DNA from: Terriglobia bacterium
Lineage (GTDB): Bacteria > Acidobacteriota > Terriglobia > Bryobacterales > Bryobacteraceae
Assembly (NCBI GenBank): GCA_963732025.1
Contig: CAVSXU010000004.1
Location: forward strand, 145,528 to 209,527
Direction of reading: 5' to 3'
Length of the DNA: 64,000 nt
In this document: piece after piece, positions 48,472 through 58,023 of the stretch
How positions within the stretch are numbered: the stretch's first letter is position 1
How the letters are laid out: the number at the start of each line of letters is the position of its first letter
Made by a program: the position numbers and the translations under genes
The notes under the pieces: generated by a model
What the model saw: only the letters and a program-made list of their open reading frames with translations
Told to the model about the DNA's origin: nothing
The model's database searches: none

Positions 48472-49041
48472 TCATTTGGATTTCCCATCCCAACGGCGGG
48501 CATCGGACGACGGCAGACCAATCAGGTCCAGCATGCGATCCACGCTATGGTCGACAATCTCCGCGACGGTTTGCGGTTGATGATAGAACGCCGGGACCGG
48601 CGGCGCCAGAATCGCGCCCATTTCGGCCAGCGCGGTCATGGATCGCAAATGTCCCAGGTGCAGCGGCGATTCGCGAACCATCAGCACCAGCCGGCGGCGT
48701 TCCTTCAACGTGACGTCGGCGGCCCGAACCATCAGGTTGGAACTGATTCCCGCGGCGATCGACGACATCGTATGGATGGAACACGGCGCGACGGCCATCG
48801 CATCCACTAGAAACGAACCGCTGGCGAGCCTGCAACCGATGTCTTCGACCGGGTACCAGCAGGTTGCCAGCGCGCGGAAATCGGCGACCGATTTCCCCAT
48901 TTCGAGGAAGGCGGTGCGTTCTCCGGATCGGGAAACGATCAAGTGCGTTTCGACGTTCTCCCGGCCGCGCAGCTTTTCCAACAGACGCCAGCCGTAAATA
49001 GAACCGCTTGCGCCAGTAATTCCGACGATTATGCGCAACAA
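48472..49041 (-). CDS. ubiX: flavin prenyltransferase UbiX
   Basis: MLRIIVGITGASGSIYGWRLLEKL...MAVAPCSIHTMSSIAAG... Confidence 0.9.
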   Translation of the reverse strand: MLRIIVGITGASGSIYGWRLLEKLRGRENVETHLIVSRSGERTAFLEMGKSVADFRALATCWYPVEDIGCRLASGSFLVDAMAVAPCSIHTMSSIAAGISSNLMVRAADVTLKERRRLVLMVRESPLHLGHLRSMTALAEMGAILAPPVPAFYHQPQTVAEIVDHSVDRMLDLIGLPSSDARRWDGKSK

Positions 49042-49243
49042 ACCTCCTCTATGTCGCGATTAGCGCGAGCCCGTGAAATGCCAGCTTGTGGAAATTTTTG
49101 TTCTGAATTCCGAACAAGATTCATCAATCACATCTTGCCGAACGGCCGGTCGACCTCTATAATCCATAGGAAGGTAAGGGGTTGAATCCCAACGAGAGGG
49201 CGAAACGCTGGCTTGTCTCACCTGGAGCTCTAACATTTCTATC

Positions 49244-50029
49244 ATGTCTATGATGGAGGAAGCCGGTCATAAACTCAAGAGGATACGGGAACGGCTGCGC
49301 CTAAAATACAGGGATGTCGAGATCGCCAGCAGCGAGATCGCCGTGCGGCGCCAAAACGACGAGTTCGTCGTCGCCCTCAGCCGCCTCGCCGACATCGAAA
49401 ACAAGGGTACCATGCCTTCGATGTACCGGCTGTACAGCTTGTGCGCGATCTACTGCCTTGAGCTGACGGAAGTCCTTTCCTGGTATGGAGTTTCCTCGGC
49501 CACCCTGCCGGCCGATTCAGAAGCCGTTCGGGGCAGCCGCACCCAGTTGATCGGATTCCGGCCGGAGGACGGCGAAATCCAGGCGCCGATCTCTCTAGAT
49601 CCCGGCCTGGATCTGAGCAAGACCGTATTCCTGAGCCGGCTGATTCAGAAATGGGGCAAGCTGCCCCTAATGCTGCTGAATAATCTGGATTTGCGCAACT
49701 TTCGTTACGGATTCATCGGCACGGACGACTGGTCCATGCATCCGATCATCTCGCCCGGAGCTGTGGTGGTGATCGACGACACTCGACGCAAAATCGCAAC
49801 GTCGGGATGGACCAGCGAGTTCGACCGGCCCATTTATTTCCTGGAACACCGCGATGGATACTTGTGCGGATGGTGTACGCTGCGCGACGGCCAGTTGACC
49901 GTTCAACATCACGCCGCGTCCGGTTGCGATCCAGTGACCTTCGCCCATCCGGCCGATATCGAAGTGATCGGCCAGGTCACACAGGTCGCGATGACCCTGG
50001 GCGTCACCCCGCCCCGGAATTCTTCGTGA
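49244..50029 (+). CDS. XRE-type HTH regulator with S24/LexA-like C-terminal domain
   Basis: N-terminal HTH (KLKRIRERLRLKYRDV...LADIENKGTMPSMYRLYSL); C-terminal ISPGAVVVIDD... Confidence 0.6.
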   Translation: MSMMEEAGHKLKRIRERLRLKYRDVEIASSEIAVRRQNDEFVVALSRLADIENKGTMPSMYRLYSLCAIYCLELTEVLSWYGVSSATLPADSEAVRGSRTQLIGFRPEDGEIQAPISLDPGLDLSKTVFLSRLIQKWGKLPLMLLNNLDLRNFRYGFIGTDDWSMHPIISPGAVVVIDDTRRKIATSGWTSEFDRPIYFLEHRDGYLCGWCTLRDGQLTVQHHAASGCDPVTFAHPADIEVIGQVTQVAMTLGVTPPRNSS

Positions 50030-50453
50030 TCTCGAGCAACGCCTCAAAATCGGCGCAGAACAGATCGCGTTCCAGGTCGCCCGCGGCATCGGGCACATAC
50101 GTCCTGTAAATCCTGGAACGCAGCCAGCGCTCGGCCACGGCGGAGGGCGGGTTTTGCGGCGCTTCCGCAGCGTCGTCCAGGCATCGGGTCAAGTCGTCCA
50201 GCTTCGCTTTGATGGGGAGGCCCATCCACTCGACGAACATCTGTTCGTGGCTTTCACGCATCGCTTTAAAGCTTTCATCGCGCCCGAACACCGTGCTCAA
50301 CCCATGGTGCCGGTAGATTCCTGAATTCAAATCGCGCAGAGAGGCGAGGTAGCCCAGCCGGCCCATCGTCGTTGGGATGCGCGAGAGGGTGTTTTTCCAG
50401 AGATCGGCAGTGGCGTTGGGCTCGAAAACGCCTATGGGTTTGAATCTCGGCAT
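50004..50453 (-). CDS. hypothetical protein (149 aa)
   Basis: Intact ORF convergent with, and overlapping, the regulator gene. Confidence 0.45.
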   Translation of the reverse strand: MPRFKPIGVFEPNATADLWKNTLSRIPTTMGRLGYLASLRDLNSGIYRHHGLSTVFGRDESFKAMRESHEQMFVEWMGLPIKAKLDDLTRCLDDAAEAPQNPPSAVAERWLRSRIYRTYVPDAAGDLERDLFCADFEALLEITKNSGAG

Positions 50454-50704
50454 CCCGTTTCTAGCTATTGTACGTCAAGCTCCAAGTACTTCTTTCGCCA
50501 AGCGAAGGGGAGGGAAAGCCCAATCTACAAAAGGGAAAACGGGGACGATGCGGAGAGTTGTTCTGTTTTCCGAAAACTTCTCATGGTGCTAGGGTATACC
50601 AGCCTATTCCGGCATAAGCTATCCCGAGGGTCAGGGGTAAGTGACCCTCGGTCCCAGCGGTTCACAAGTCATTGGTTCACAAGTCATTAAGGAGCGTTCG
50701 AAAA

Positions 50705-50842
50705 ATGATGAAAAAAATTGGATTGCTAATCGGTCTAGCCGTGATTTCCATGGGCGTGGCTCAAAAGTCGCCCAGCCTGGACAGTCCCCAGCCGAGTTGC
50801 CTCCCCTGTTGCCCCACGCATGATGGCTGGGTGCAGTGCTGA
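50705..50842 (+). CDS. small secreted Cys-rich peptide (45 aa), not in the ORF track
   Basis: AAGGAG 10 nt upstream of ATG. MMKKIGLLIGLAVISMGVAQKSPSLDSPQPSCLPCCPTHDGWVQC*. Confidence 0.45.
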   Translation: MMKKIGLLIGLAVISMGVAQKSPSLDSPQPSCLPCCPTHDGWVQC

Positions 50843-51087
50843 CGCTAGCGTAACTAGCGCGATCGCAACTGACGCAAGCTGCAAGATAACCGCCCGTCGG
50901 AGACTCGCCCAGGCGCGGGGCAGGCTTCTGCCCCTGACGCCTCGGCGAGTTCTGCTGTTTCCGTTTTAGAGAGCCGTCTAGAAGGCGACTCGCCGCCACG
51001 CGTGGCGGCCCCACGAAGCGAAACCAACTCCCTTTTTCCCGCTGCTTTTGCCGTCGTTCCAGTGTAAACTCACTTAGTTCCCCTGAC

Positions 51088-51858
51088 ATGCACCTGCACT
51101 GGCTCGATGTCGCGTGGTATTTGAACCCCGTTGGCGCAGTTGTGCTCGCCATTCACCTTATCCGAAGCCGCCTCATCGGAACCTATCCTTTTTTCTTTTT
51201 GTATCTACTAGCGGGCGCAGTTGTTGACTTAACGCTGCTATCTCTCAAGTCCTATCCAAACGCTTACGGTTGGACCTACCTGGCGAGCCAACCGGTCAAG
51301 GTTTTGCTGGCGGTTTTCGTGATTCTGGAGCTTTACCGAGTGGCGCTGGCGCAACGGCCGGCGCTGGCTCGTTTTGGGCGAAATACGGTCGGCTATATTC
51401 TGGCCGCTGCGGCAACCGCGTCGCTCTGCTTCCTGATGCTGGACTCGACCGTGCCCGAGGGCCGTTCGCCGATTCTGCACCGGTTGAATTCCTTCGAACG
51501 GACCATGGATCTCTGGATGCTATTGTTTCTGATCGTGATTCGAGCATTTATGACCTGGTTCCCGGTGCGAATCACGCGCAACGGAGCCTTGTATATTGGG
51601 GGTTTTGCGGTCTATTTCCTGTCGCGCGCGACGGGTTTATTGCTCACCAACATCGCGCCTCGATTTCGCGATGGCTTCGATCTGGCGATGCTGGGAGTAT
51701 CGCTTGCCTGCCTGATCATGTGGATATTGTGGATACGGAGGGACGGCGAGGATGCGACGATCCTCACCGGTCCGCGGCGCGATCCGGCGTCGATCGCCGA
51801 GGCGATGGGGAAACTGGACGCGATTAATGCGCGATTGACCGAGCTCTCCCGCCCATGA
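51088..51858 (+). CDS. integral membrane protein (256 aa)
   Basis: About 7 hydrophobic segments. Confidence 0.55.
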   Translation: MHLHWLDVAWYLNPVGAVVLAIHLIRSRLIGTYPFFFLYLLAGAVVDLTLLSLKSYPNAYGWTYLASQPVKVLLAVFVILELYRVALAQRPALARFGRNTVGYILAAAATASLCFLMLDSTVPEGRSPILHRLNSFERTMDLWMLLFLIVIRAFMTWFPVRITRNGALYIGGFAVYFLSRATGLLLTNIAPRFRDGFDLAMLGVSLACLIMWILWIRRDGEDATILTGPRRDPASIAEAMGKLDAINARLTELSRP

Positions 51859-51891
51859 ATCGCGCATATAGAGCATATTTCGCATTGCGTT

Positions 51892-52530
51892 GTGCTTCAA
51901 TATCCGGTATTATCAGTCAACGATTTTTTCGTGGAGGTAACTCGAATGAGCTGGGCTCTCACTGGCGGTGTTATGGCCGGGCTGATGGCAACTGGCTTCG
52001 CCGCTTTGTTATTAGCGGTGTGGGTAGCAACGCGCTTGCGATGTTATCGAAGTGCGGGTGGCGAACTGAATCGCGGGATCACGACGCTGGAGATGGCCGA
52101 TCCGCCGCGCGGGCTTGGTCTGCTTGGGGTGCGTGGTTTCGTGGAGGGATTGTTAGGCGATACGGATGTCGATTTTTTGGTGGGGCAGGCAGGCTATCGG
52201 CGGGAAATCGGCAGAACGCTGCGGCGGGAACGAACGAGGATCTTTCGTCTTTATTTAGTGGAACTGGCCAGGGAATTTCACCAGACGCATGCGCGGGCAC
52301 GCGAAGCCGTCGCGAATTCGAGCGAGGAGTGTTCCGGCGTGGTCGAACAGTTAATGCGCCAGGAGTGGTCGTTCTGGCGGGCGATGATTCGCATCGAACT
52401 TAGTCTGGCAGCTGCGCAAATCAATGCCCGGCGTTTCGGAAAGGCGCGGCGAAGTGCCTTGGAGCTTCTAATGGAAACGATGGATGCGATGCGACTGGAT
52501 CTGGCTCGCGGCGGGGCGTTACCTCACTAG
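51892..52530 (+). CDS. hypothetical membrane-anchored protein (212 aa)
   Basis: One N-terminal TM segment, then a helical Arg/Glu-rich region. Confidence 0.45.
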   Translation: MLQYPVLSVNDFFVEVTRMSWALTGGVMAGLMATGFAALLLAVWVATRLRCYRSAGGELNRGITTLEMADPPRGLGLLGVRGFVEGLLGDTDVDFLVGQAGYRREIGRTLRRERTRIFRLYLVELAREFHQTHARAREAVANSSEECSGVVEQLMRQEWSFWRAMIRIELSLAAAQINARRFGKARRSALELLMETMDAMRLDLARGGALPH

Positions 52531-52538
52531 GGTTGCTG

Positions 52539-52697
52539 TGTGGCGCACGCACTCTTGCGTGCCGTGTCGACACTCATGTCGACACGAGCTTTGTCAAGCG
52601 CTGGAAAGAGAATCATAACGATCCGGGTGGGAGGCGCCCAGGAAAAACTTGTGTCGACATGAGTGTCGACACGGCACGCAAGAGTGCGTGCGCCACA
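52539..52697. repeat. 160-bp MITE-like element with near-perfect 47-bp terminal inverted repeats
   Basis: Left arm TGTGGCGCACGCACTCTTGCGTGCCGTGTCGACACTCATGTCGACAC (52539-52585); right arm is its reverse complement (52651-52697). Confidence 0.85.
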
Positions 52698-52708
52698 AGG
52701 ACCTCCTT

Positions 52709-53425
52709 CTATAGTTTTCGCAGGAGGGCTTTGGCCTCGCGAAGCTGCTCGAACTGCTTTTCGGCGTCCTTGAAGGCTCGCGTGTGCACGCAACGGCGCG
52801 CGCCCGTATGCTCGGCCGGATGACGCAGATGCAGCATTTCGTGAAACAACACGTATTCCACGGCGAGCGCGCGGCACTCGGCGCGATCCAGAATCCGGCT
52901 GAGCACGATCGCGTTGTGCGGAGGATCGTAATGCCCCAGCAGGGTGCGTGACGCGTTCGGACTCCAGCCGAGGCGCGGCCGCGCCATCAGCCCGTGGAAG
53001 TAGCGAAAGTTGAGCTCCTCGAACATCTGGTCCAGATCGTAAGCATCGCCTTGCGCGGAATCGACACGTTTGCGGCCGCGGATCTGGCGAACCAGATCCA
53101 GGTTGCGGCGCACATCGCGGCGGTTCAGATAGCGGCGGTAGCGATCGTAGCTGGCGGCGGGAACCGGCCGGCGGAATAGTTTCGAAAGCAGGATTTCCGC
53201 CAGCGCTTCGATGACAGGTTCGGGCGCGCCGGCCAGCGTGTCGGCCAGGCGCACGGCGAGCCGTCCATTCTCCAGTCGAATTTGCGCGTTGGCGTTGGCG
53301 TAGGCTGGAATTCGACGTCGATCGCGGGGAGCGGAGTGCGCGGGCCGCATTTGCACGAAGACGCGCGCGTAGATTTGCGCGGACGCCGTCTCCACTTCCA
53401 TTGTTCCCGAATGTAACATAGACAA
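52709..53425 (-). CDS. SprT-like / DUF45 zinc metallopeptidase-like protein
   Basis: ...VEYVLFHEMLHLRHPAEHTGARRCVHTRAFKDAEKQF. Confidence 0.65.
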   Translation of the reverse strand: MSMLHSGTMEVETASAQIYARVFVQMRPAHSAPRDRRRIPAYANANAQIRLENGRLAVRLADTLAGAPEPVIEALAEILLSKLFRRPVPAASYDRYRRYLNRRDVRRNLDLVRQIRGRKRVDSAQGDAYDLDQMFEELNFRYFHGLMARPRLGWSPNASRTLLGHYDPPHNAIVLSRILDRAECRALAVEYVLFHEMLHLRHPAEHTGARRCVHTRAFKDAEKQFEQLREAKALLRKL

Positions 53426-53481
53426 TGGCTCTTCCAGTTACACACGAAGTCACATCGCATCGAAATCAGGAGGAAGAAGAT

Positions 53482-54471
53482 TTGCCTGGAGCTAAGATCA
53501 GCGCGCTCGGCTGCTACGTGCCGCCCGGTGTGCTGACGAATCAGGATCTGGAAAAGATGGTGGAGACCAACAACCAATGGATTCTCGAGCCGGACGGGCA
53601 TTGTCGAGCGCCACATCGCCGCGCCGGAAATCGCGACGTCCGATATGGCGGTCGAGGCGGCGAAAATCGCGCTGGAGCAGCGCGGCATCGACGGCAGCGA
53701 GCTCGGACGCGATCATCGTGTGCACGGTGACGCCGGACATGATGTTTCCCTCCACCGCGTGCCTGGTGCAGGATCGGCTCGGCGCGAAGGGCGCCTGGGG
53801 ATTCGATCTGGTCGCGGCCTGCTCGGGCTTCATTTACGGCCTGACCACGGCCGCGCACTTGGTGATGGCGGGAACGCATAAGAAGGTGCTGGTGATCGGC
53901 GCCGACACCATGTCGCGCATCATCGATTACACCGATCGCGCACCTGCATCCTGTTCGGCGACGGCGCGGGCGCGATGCTGGTGGAGCCGACGGACGCGAA
54001 GGCGAGGGATTCATCGGATTCCTGAATGAGATCGACGGGTCGGGCGGCGATTATCTGAAGATGCCGGCGGGCGGAAGCCGGATGCCGTCGAGCGCGGAGA
54101 CGGTGGCGAATCGCGAGCATTTCGTCAAGCAGGATGGCCAGCAGGTATTCAAGTACGCGGTGCGCAAGATGTATGAATGCTCGCGCGACCTGCTGGCGAA
54201 GCACGGGTTGACGGCGAAGGACGTGAAGGTGATGATTCCGCATCAGGCCAATCGGCGCATCATCACGGCGGCGGCGGAGCGGCTGGGGATGACCGAGGAT
54301 CAGGTGATCATCAACATCGACCAGTACGGCAACACGACGGCGGGCACGATTCCGCTGGCGACGCGCGATGCGATTGAGCAGGGCAAGTTGAAGAAGGGCG
54401 ATATCGTGATGTTCGCGGCGGTGGGGGCGGGGTTTACGGTCGGGGCGAATTTGTGGCGCTGGGCGTATTGA
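53482..54471 (+). pseudogene. fabH: beta-ketoacyl-ACP synthase III, at least 3 frame breaks
   Basis: AGGAGG then TTG 53482. [31 protein letters not shown]; ...[12 protein letters not shown]...; ...HQANRRII...[11 protein letters not shown]...; the pieces lie in three frames. Confidence 0.85.
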
Positions 54472-54564
54472 GGGTCGTGGCAGGGCTCGCGTTCATTTCG
54501 CACCCTCCCCCAAACGTTAGGCGATAACACAGTTTATCGTCTAGTATCCACGGGCGAGCAAGGG

Positions 54565-55095
54565 CTACCGTTGACTCGTCCTGTTGGACCGGAATGCGAG
54601 GTAACGCAGCGTGCGCTTAGCCTCCTGGACTTTGCCAGATGCTGCACGAGCGAAGTGGTCTCTTGCCACTTTCTGATCTCTGGCGACGCCCTTCCCTCGC
54701 CAGTACATCTTGCCAATCCAAAAGTTGGATCGCTGGTGCCCTTTGCTTGCGGCCCTTTCAAACCATGTAAGCGCTTCAGCGAAATCACCTTCGACGTAGG
54801 CAATCTCGCCCAGACTGTACATCGCCTGTGGATCGCCTTGGCGCGCCGACTTCTTGTACCAATGGACTGCGGTCTGTACATCCGCTTCGACCCCAATGCC
54901 ATTGAGATAGAACCAGCCCATTGCTAAAACCGCGTCGTGCACTCCTGCCTGGGCGACAATGTAGTTCAGCCGAAATGCTTCACCTTCATCTTTGTCCAAA
55001 AGGGCGAGCGAATCAATGTAATGTCGCAAGGGCGTGGAAAAGCCAGCTCTTTTCGCTTCCCTCTTGCGGGGTCTGCCCTGATTGAAACCTGCCAC
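54565..55095 (-). CDS. Sel1-like (SLR) repeat protein
   Basis: ...[44 protein letters not shown]...[23 protein letters not shown]. Confidence 0.75.
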   Translation of the reverse strand: MAGFNQGRPRKREAKRAGFSTPLRHYIDSLALLDKDEGEAFRLNYIVAQAGVHDAVLAMGWFYLNGIGVEADVQTAVHWYKKSARQGDPQAMYSLGEIAYVEGDFAEALTWFERAASKGHQRSNFWIGKMYWRGKGVARDQKVARDHFARAASGKVQEAKRTLRYLAFRSNRTSQR

Positions 55096-55153
55096 CGGCG
55101 CACCTATTGGAGAAGTCTACAATGAATGTGATCAGCCTCGGTATGTGGGTCCC

Positions 55154-55330
55154 GAGGATCAGGTGAGCATCAACATCGAGCACTATGGCAACACGACTGC
55201 GGGCACGATTCCGCTGGCAACTCGCGATGCGATTGCGCAGGGAAAGTTGAAGAAGGGCGATATCGTGATTTTCGCTACGGTCGGGGCGGGGCTTACGGTC
55301 GGGGTGAATTTGTGGCGGTGGGCTTATTGA
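55154..55330 (+). pseudogene. orphan duplicate of the fabH 3' end
   Basis: [58 protein letters not shown] compared with fabH ...[58 protein letters not shown]. Confidence 0.85.
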
Positions 55331-55419
55331 GGGTCGTGTTCATTTCGCGGTTTCGCCAAGTGTTAGGCGACCTACATAACTTTATCGCTTAATAACAAAC
55401 CAGCGGATGCACATTCTCG

Positions 55420-55767
55420 TCAAAGAAGGTCGGCGATGGGAGGGAATGTCAGCAAGAAGCTCAAACCCAACAAGATCAGTGCAACGGTATTGACACGCCC
55501 CCCGGGGACCGTCCTGTTGCGCCAGCGCCATTCCAAAATCCCCCAGGTGAACAGCCAGATCAAAACGGCCGCCGTAGTTACGCCTGAGAGCGGCCCGGTC
55601 GGTTTATAGAAAATAAGACCTCTTGCGATATGCGCCGACTTATCACCAGCGAGGGCCAGCACTGCCAGAGCGAAGGCGCCGACACCAGCCGCAAGAATGG
55701 CGGCTGCGCCGGAACCGTTCGTCAGGGTCGGCGTTTTGGAAGAATCGTCAAGATTTGAACTATCCAT
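55420..55767 (-). CDS. small membrane protein (115 aa)
   Basis: Three hydrophobic segments; overlaps the upstream gene's stop. Confidence 0.5.
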   Translation of the reverse strand: MDSSNLDDSSKTPTLTNGSGAAAILAAGVGAFALAVLALAGDKSAHIARGLIFYKPTGPLSGVTTAAVLIWLFTWGILEWRWRNRTVPGGRVNTVALILLGLSFLLTFPPIADLL

Positions 55768-56335
55768 TCTTCTTTTCCTGGCTCAGTTGAATCGTTTGAC
55801 CTCCGCGAACCGGCGCCTCCTTGGTGATCATCGCGCCGAAGAAGCCCGCGATGCCCGCCGCAACAAACGAAGCCGCGGTAAAACAGAGCACCGCGGCGCG
55901 AAGCTGTCGATGATTTCCGAGGTCGCGGCCGTACTTAATGAAAACGAACGCGACCATGGTGATGGAGATCGGCGCGAACCAGGCGACATGCTCCTTCCAC
56001 TCCATCCCCAGCGAGTGCCAGCCGATGGTGGTGGGACTCGACATCAGCAGCCGTTGCGGAAACATCGAGAGATCGACTGTTCCCGGCGCGGGCACCGCGC
56101 GATACCACGGGTAGATGACGTAAGCTCCGGTCAGCACCGTGGCCCATGCAAGCACGACCATCGTAATCAGGTAATACTTCAGGAAGCGCTCTTGGCCTGC
56201 TGTGAATTCGGATGGAGCGCGTGAAGTGGTGAAGCGATACAGCTCCACCAGCGCACCGGAGCACGCCAGAAGATAGAGAGCCCCAAATCCCATGCCGTGT
56301 AGCAGCGTCCAAAATCCGCGCGCAGTAATTTCCAT
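55760..56335 (-). CDS. membrane protein (191 aa)
   Basis: 4-5 hydrophobic segments; forms an operon with 55420-55767. Confidence 0.5.
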   Translation of the reverse strand: MEITARGFWTLLHGMGFGALYLLACSGALVELYRFTTSRAPSEFTAGQERFLKYYLITMVVLAWATVLTGAYVIYPWYRAVPAPGTVDLSMFPQRLLMSSPTTIGWHSLGMEWKEHVAWFAPISITMVAFVFIKYGRDLGNHRQLRAAVLCFTAASFVAAGIAGFFGAMITKEAPVRGGQTIQLSQEKKNG

Positions 56336-56383
56336 TTGCCTCCCTGGGGGATCAGCCGTGAAGTCGATCGCAGCCGCCGGCCG

Positions 56384-57254
56384 CTAGAATCCCGTTGCGT
56401 TCATCGGTCCTCGCACCCAGGTGGTGGTGCCCGCGTCGGGTTTATTCTTGTCCTTCCCCCATGTCCAGTACATGCCCATATAGGCGTAGGTTTCCGTCTG
56501 GCCGGCGACGGAGTGGCCGTAGCAAAACAAGAACTGCTCGCCTGGGTGGTGCTTGAAGTGATAATAGCCGCCTATGTCGATCACCGTCGAGGCTTCGGTC
56601 TGCGGTGTAGCGTAGCCCTCGCGCCCATGGGCAACAATCTCGGCTCCTAACTCCAGTCGCTCGCCGAACGTGTATTTCACCAGGAATGAGCCATACAGGA
56701 AGTTGCGGTACTGGGTTTGGGGGACGATCGTTTCGCCCGCGCCGCCGTCCAGGAGCCAGTGTCCGATATTCTTTTGCAGCCAGAGGGGAACTTTATACCA
56801 AACCTTTCCCACGCCGAGTCCCTTGTCGTAGTTTCCGGTCGGTATTTCGAACATAATAAAGGTGCCGATCTGTGGAACGTACTTCGATTCCTTGATGAAG
56901 GCGATCTTGGCGCCCAATTCCATGTCGGTGAGACCGAAGGCTCGCGGTCCCGTTCCGCCAGGCAGGTAAATGGGATTGTTCGACGGGAAGGATACCCCCG
57001 GAGGGAAGTATGGCGTGCAGTTGCACTCTGGGAATGGCGCCCCAGTTGAACTCTAAGGCCGGCCCAGTCGAGTTGATTTCCGCCGGCGTGCCATCGACAC
57101 TTCCGAAGATATAGAACTCGTAGTGATGCAGATCGACCGGAACCGGATCGTCGGTTTGAAACGGAGGTCCCTGCGCCCGCAGTGTTGAAGCGGCGGGGGC
57201 GAGGATGATGATGAGGAGGAGGAACGGCATTCGCCTCGAGCATTTGCCGTTCAT
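56384..57254 (-). pseudogene. outer-membrane transporter-like protein (MetA-pathway/phenol-degradation OMP-like), at least 2 frame breaks
   Basis: Signal peptide plus GPPFQTDDPVPVDLHHYEFYIF (ORF 56793-57254) and a C-terminal beta-barrel-like part ending ...NATGF (ORF 56384-56923). Confidence 0.55.
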
Positions 57255-57404
57255 CCTTCGTGTCCTTCCAGAACTACAACAAAAAAATCACGAAGTTCTT
57301 TTTGGGAAACCAAATGACCACCTCGAAGTGTGCGGGAGCGCACACCATTTTACAGGGGTTGAAGGGGATCCGCGCCGCGCAGCCGACAATCTTTCCTGTG
57401 GCTT

Positions 57405-57655
57405 TTATCGCGCCGCCCGATTCCGTCCCAGCGCCTCGTGCAACAACATCTTGATGTATGTCTGATACTTCAGGCCTCTAGCCTCTGCCTGCCGCCTCGC
57501 AAGAGCGAGTTCGTCGTTTCCCAGACGGATAGTGATCTGGCGCGATCCGGATGCCAGAACCGCTTGGGCTTTGCGATTGATAGCGCGCGATCCCGGTAGA
57601 CGTCCGCGGCGAAAGCCTTTTCTGCTTCGATTGTGCCGCTACTGGTTTTCCTCAT
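57405..57655 (-). pseudogene. brnA: BrnA-like antitoxin, frameshift near 57575
   Basis: MRKTSSGTIEAEKAF..., then in another frame ...SRQITIRLGNDELALARRQAEARGLKYQTYIKMLLHEAL...*. Confidence 0.6.
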
Positions 57656-57938
57656 TGCGTTTCCTCCGGTACGCGGCCCTGGTTTTTCGATTCGCGTCAA
57701 AAGCTGTTACCGGACGCCTGAGCCTTCCGCGGGGCGTCCCCGCCACGAATAAAATGCGGCCAGCATTGGTGTGCCCCAGATCAAGCACGCGTTCCTCTCC
57801 GCTACGTGCGTCCGTTCTCGTCTCGATGTGGACGGGATCATTTGACAGAACCTCCTCGACTTCGGTCGGTTCAACGCGATGCGCGGCTAAGCGTCCTTCA
57901 TTATGCTCGCCCCAGTCAAACCGGCGTCCCGTCGCCAT
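57639..57938 (-). CDS. brnT: BrnT-family (DUF497) toxin
   Basis: FDWGEHNEGRLAAHRVEPTEVEEVLSNDPVHIE...RILFVAGTPRGRLRRPVTAFDA. Confidence 0.7.
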   Translation of the reverse strand: MATGRRFDWGEHNEGRLAAHRVEPTEVEEVLSNDPVHIETRTDARSGEERVLDLGHTNAGRILFVAGTPRGRLRRPVTAFDANRKTRAAYRRKRNEENQ

Positions 57939-58023
57939 GTATGTACATTATACCGACACTCAGAAGGGCAGACTCCTGCCGAACCGAAGGCTTCGTCCAG
58001 GGTCGGTCGCCAACCGACACTAA

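Noticed and set aside
49244-50453. XRE/S24 regulator plus convergent 149-aa protein as a prophage remnant or defense pair
   Set aside because: No integrase, att repeats or phage genes are nearby, and neither protein shows a diagnostic motif beyond the HTH/S24 fold. Evidence is insufficient.
52527-53453. 308-aa minus-strand ORF
   Set aside because: An alternative frame running through the REP element and the SprT-like gene. The 52709-53425 frame carries the HEMLH metallopeptidase-like motif and is preferred.
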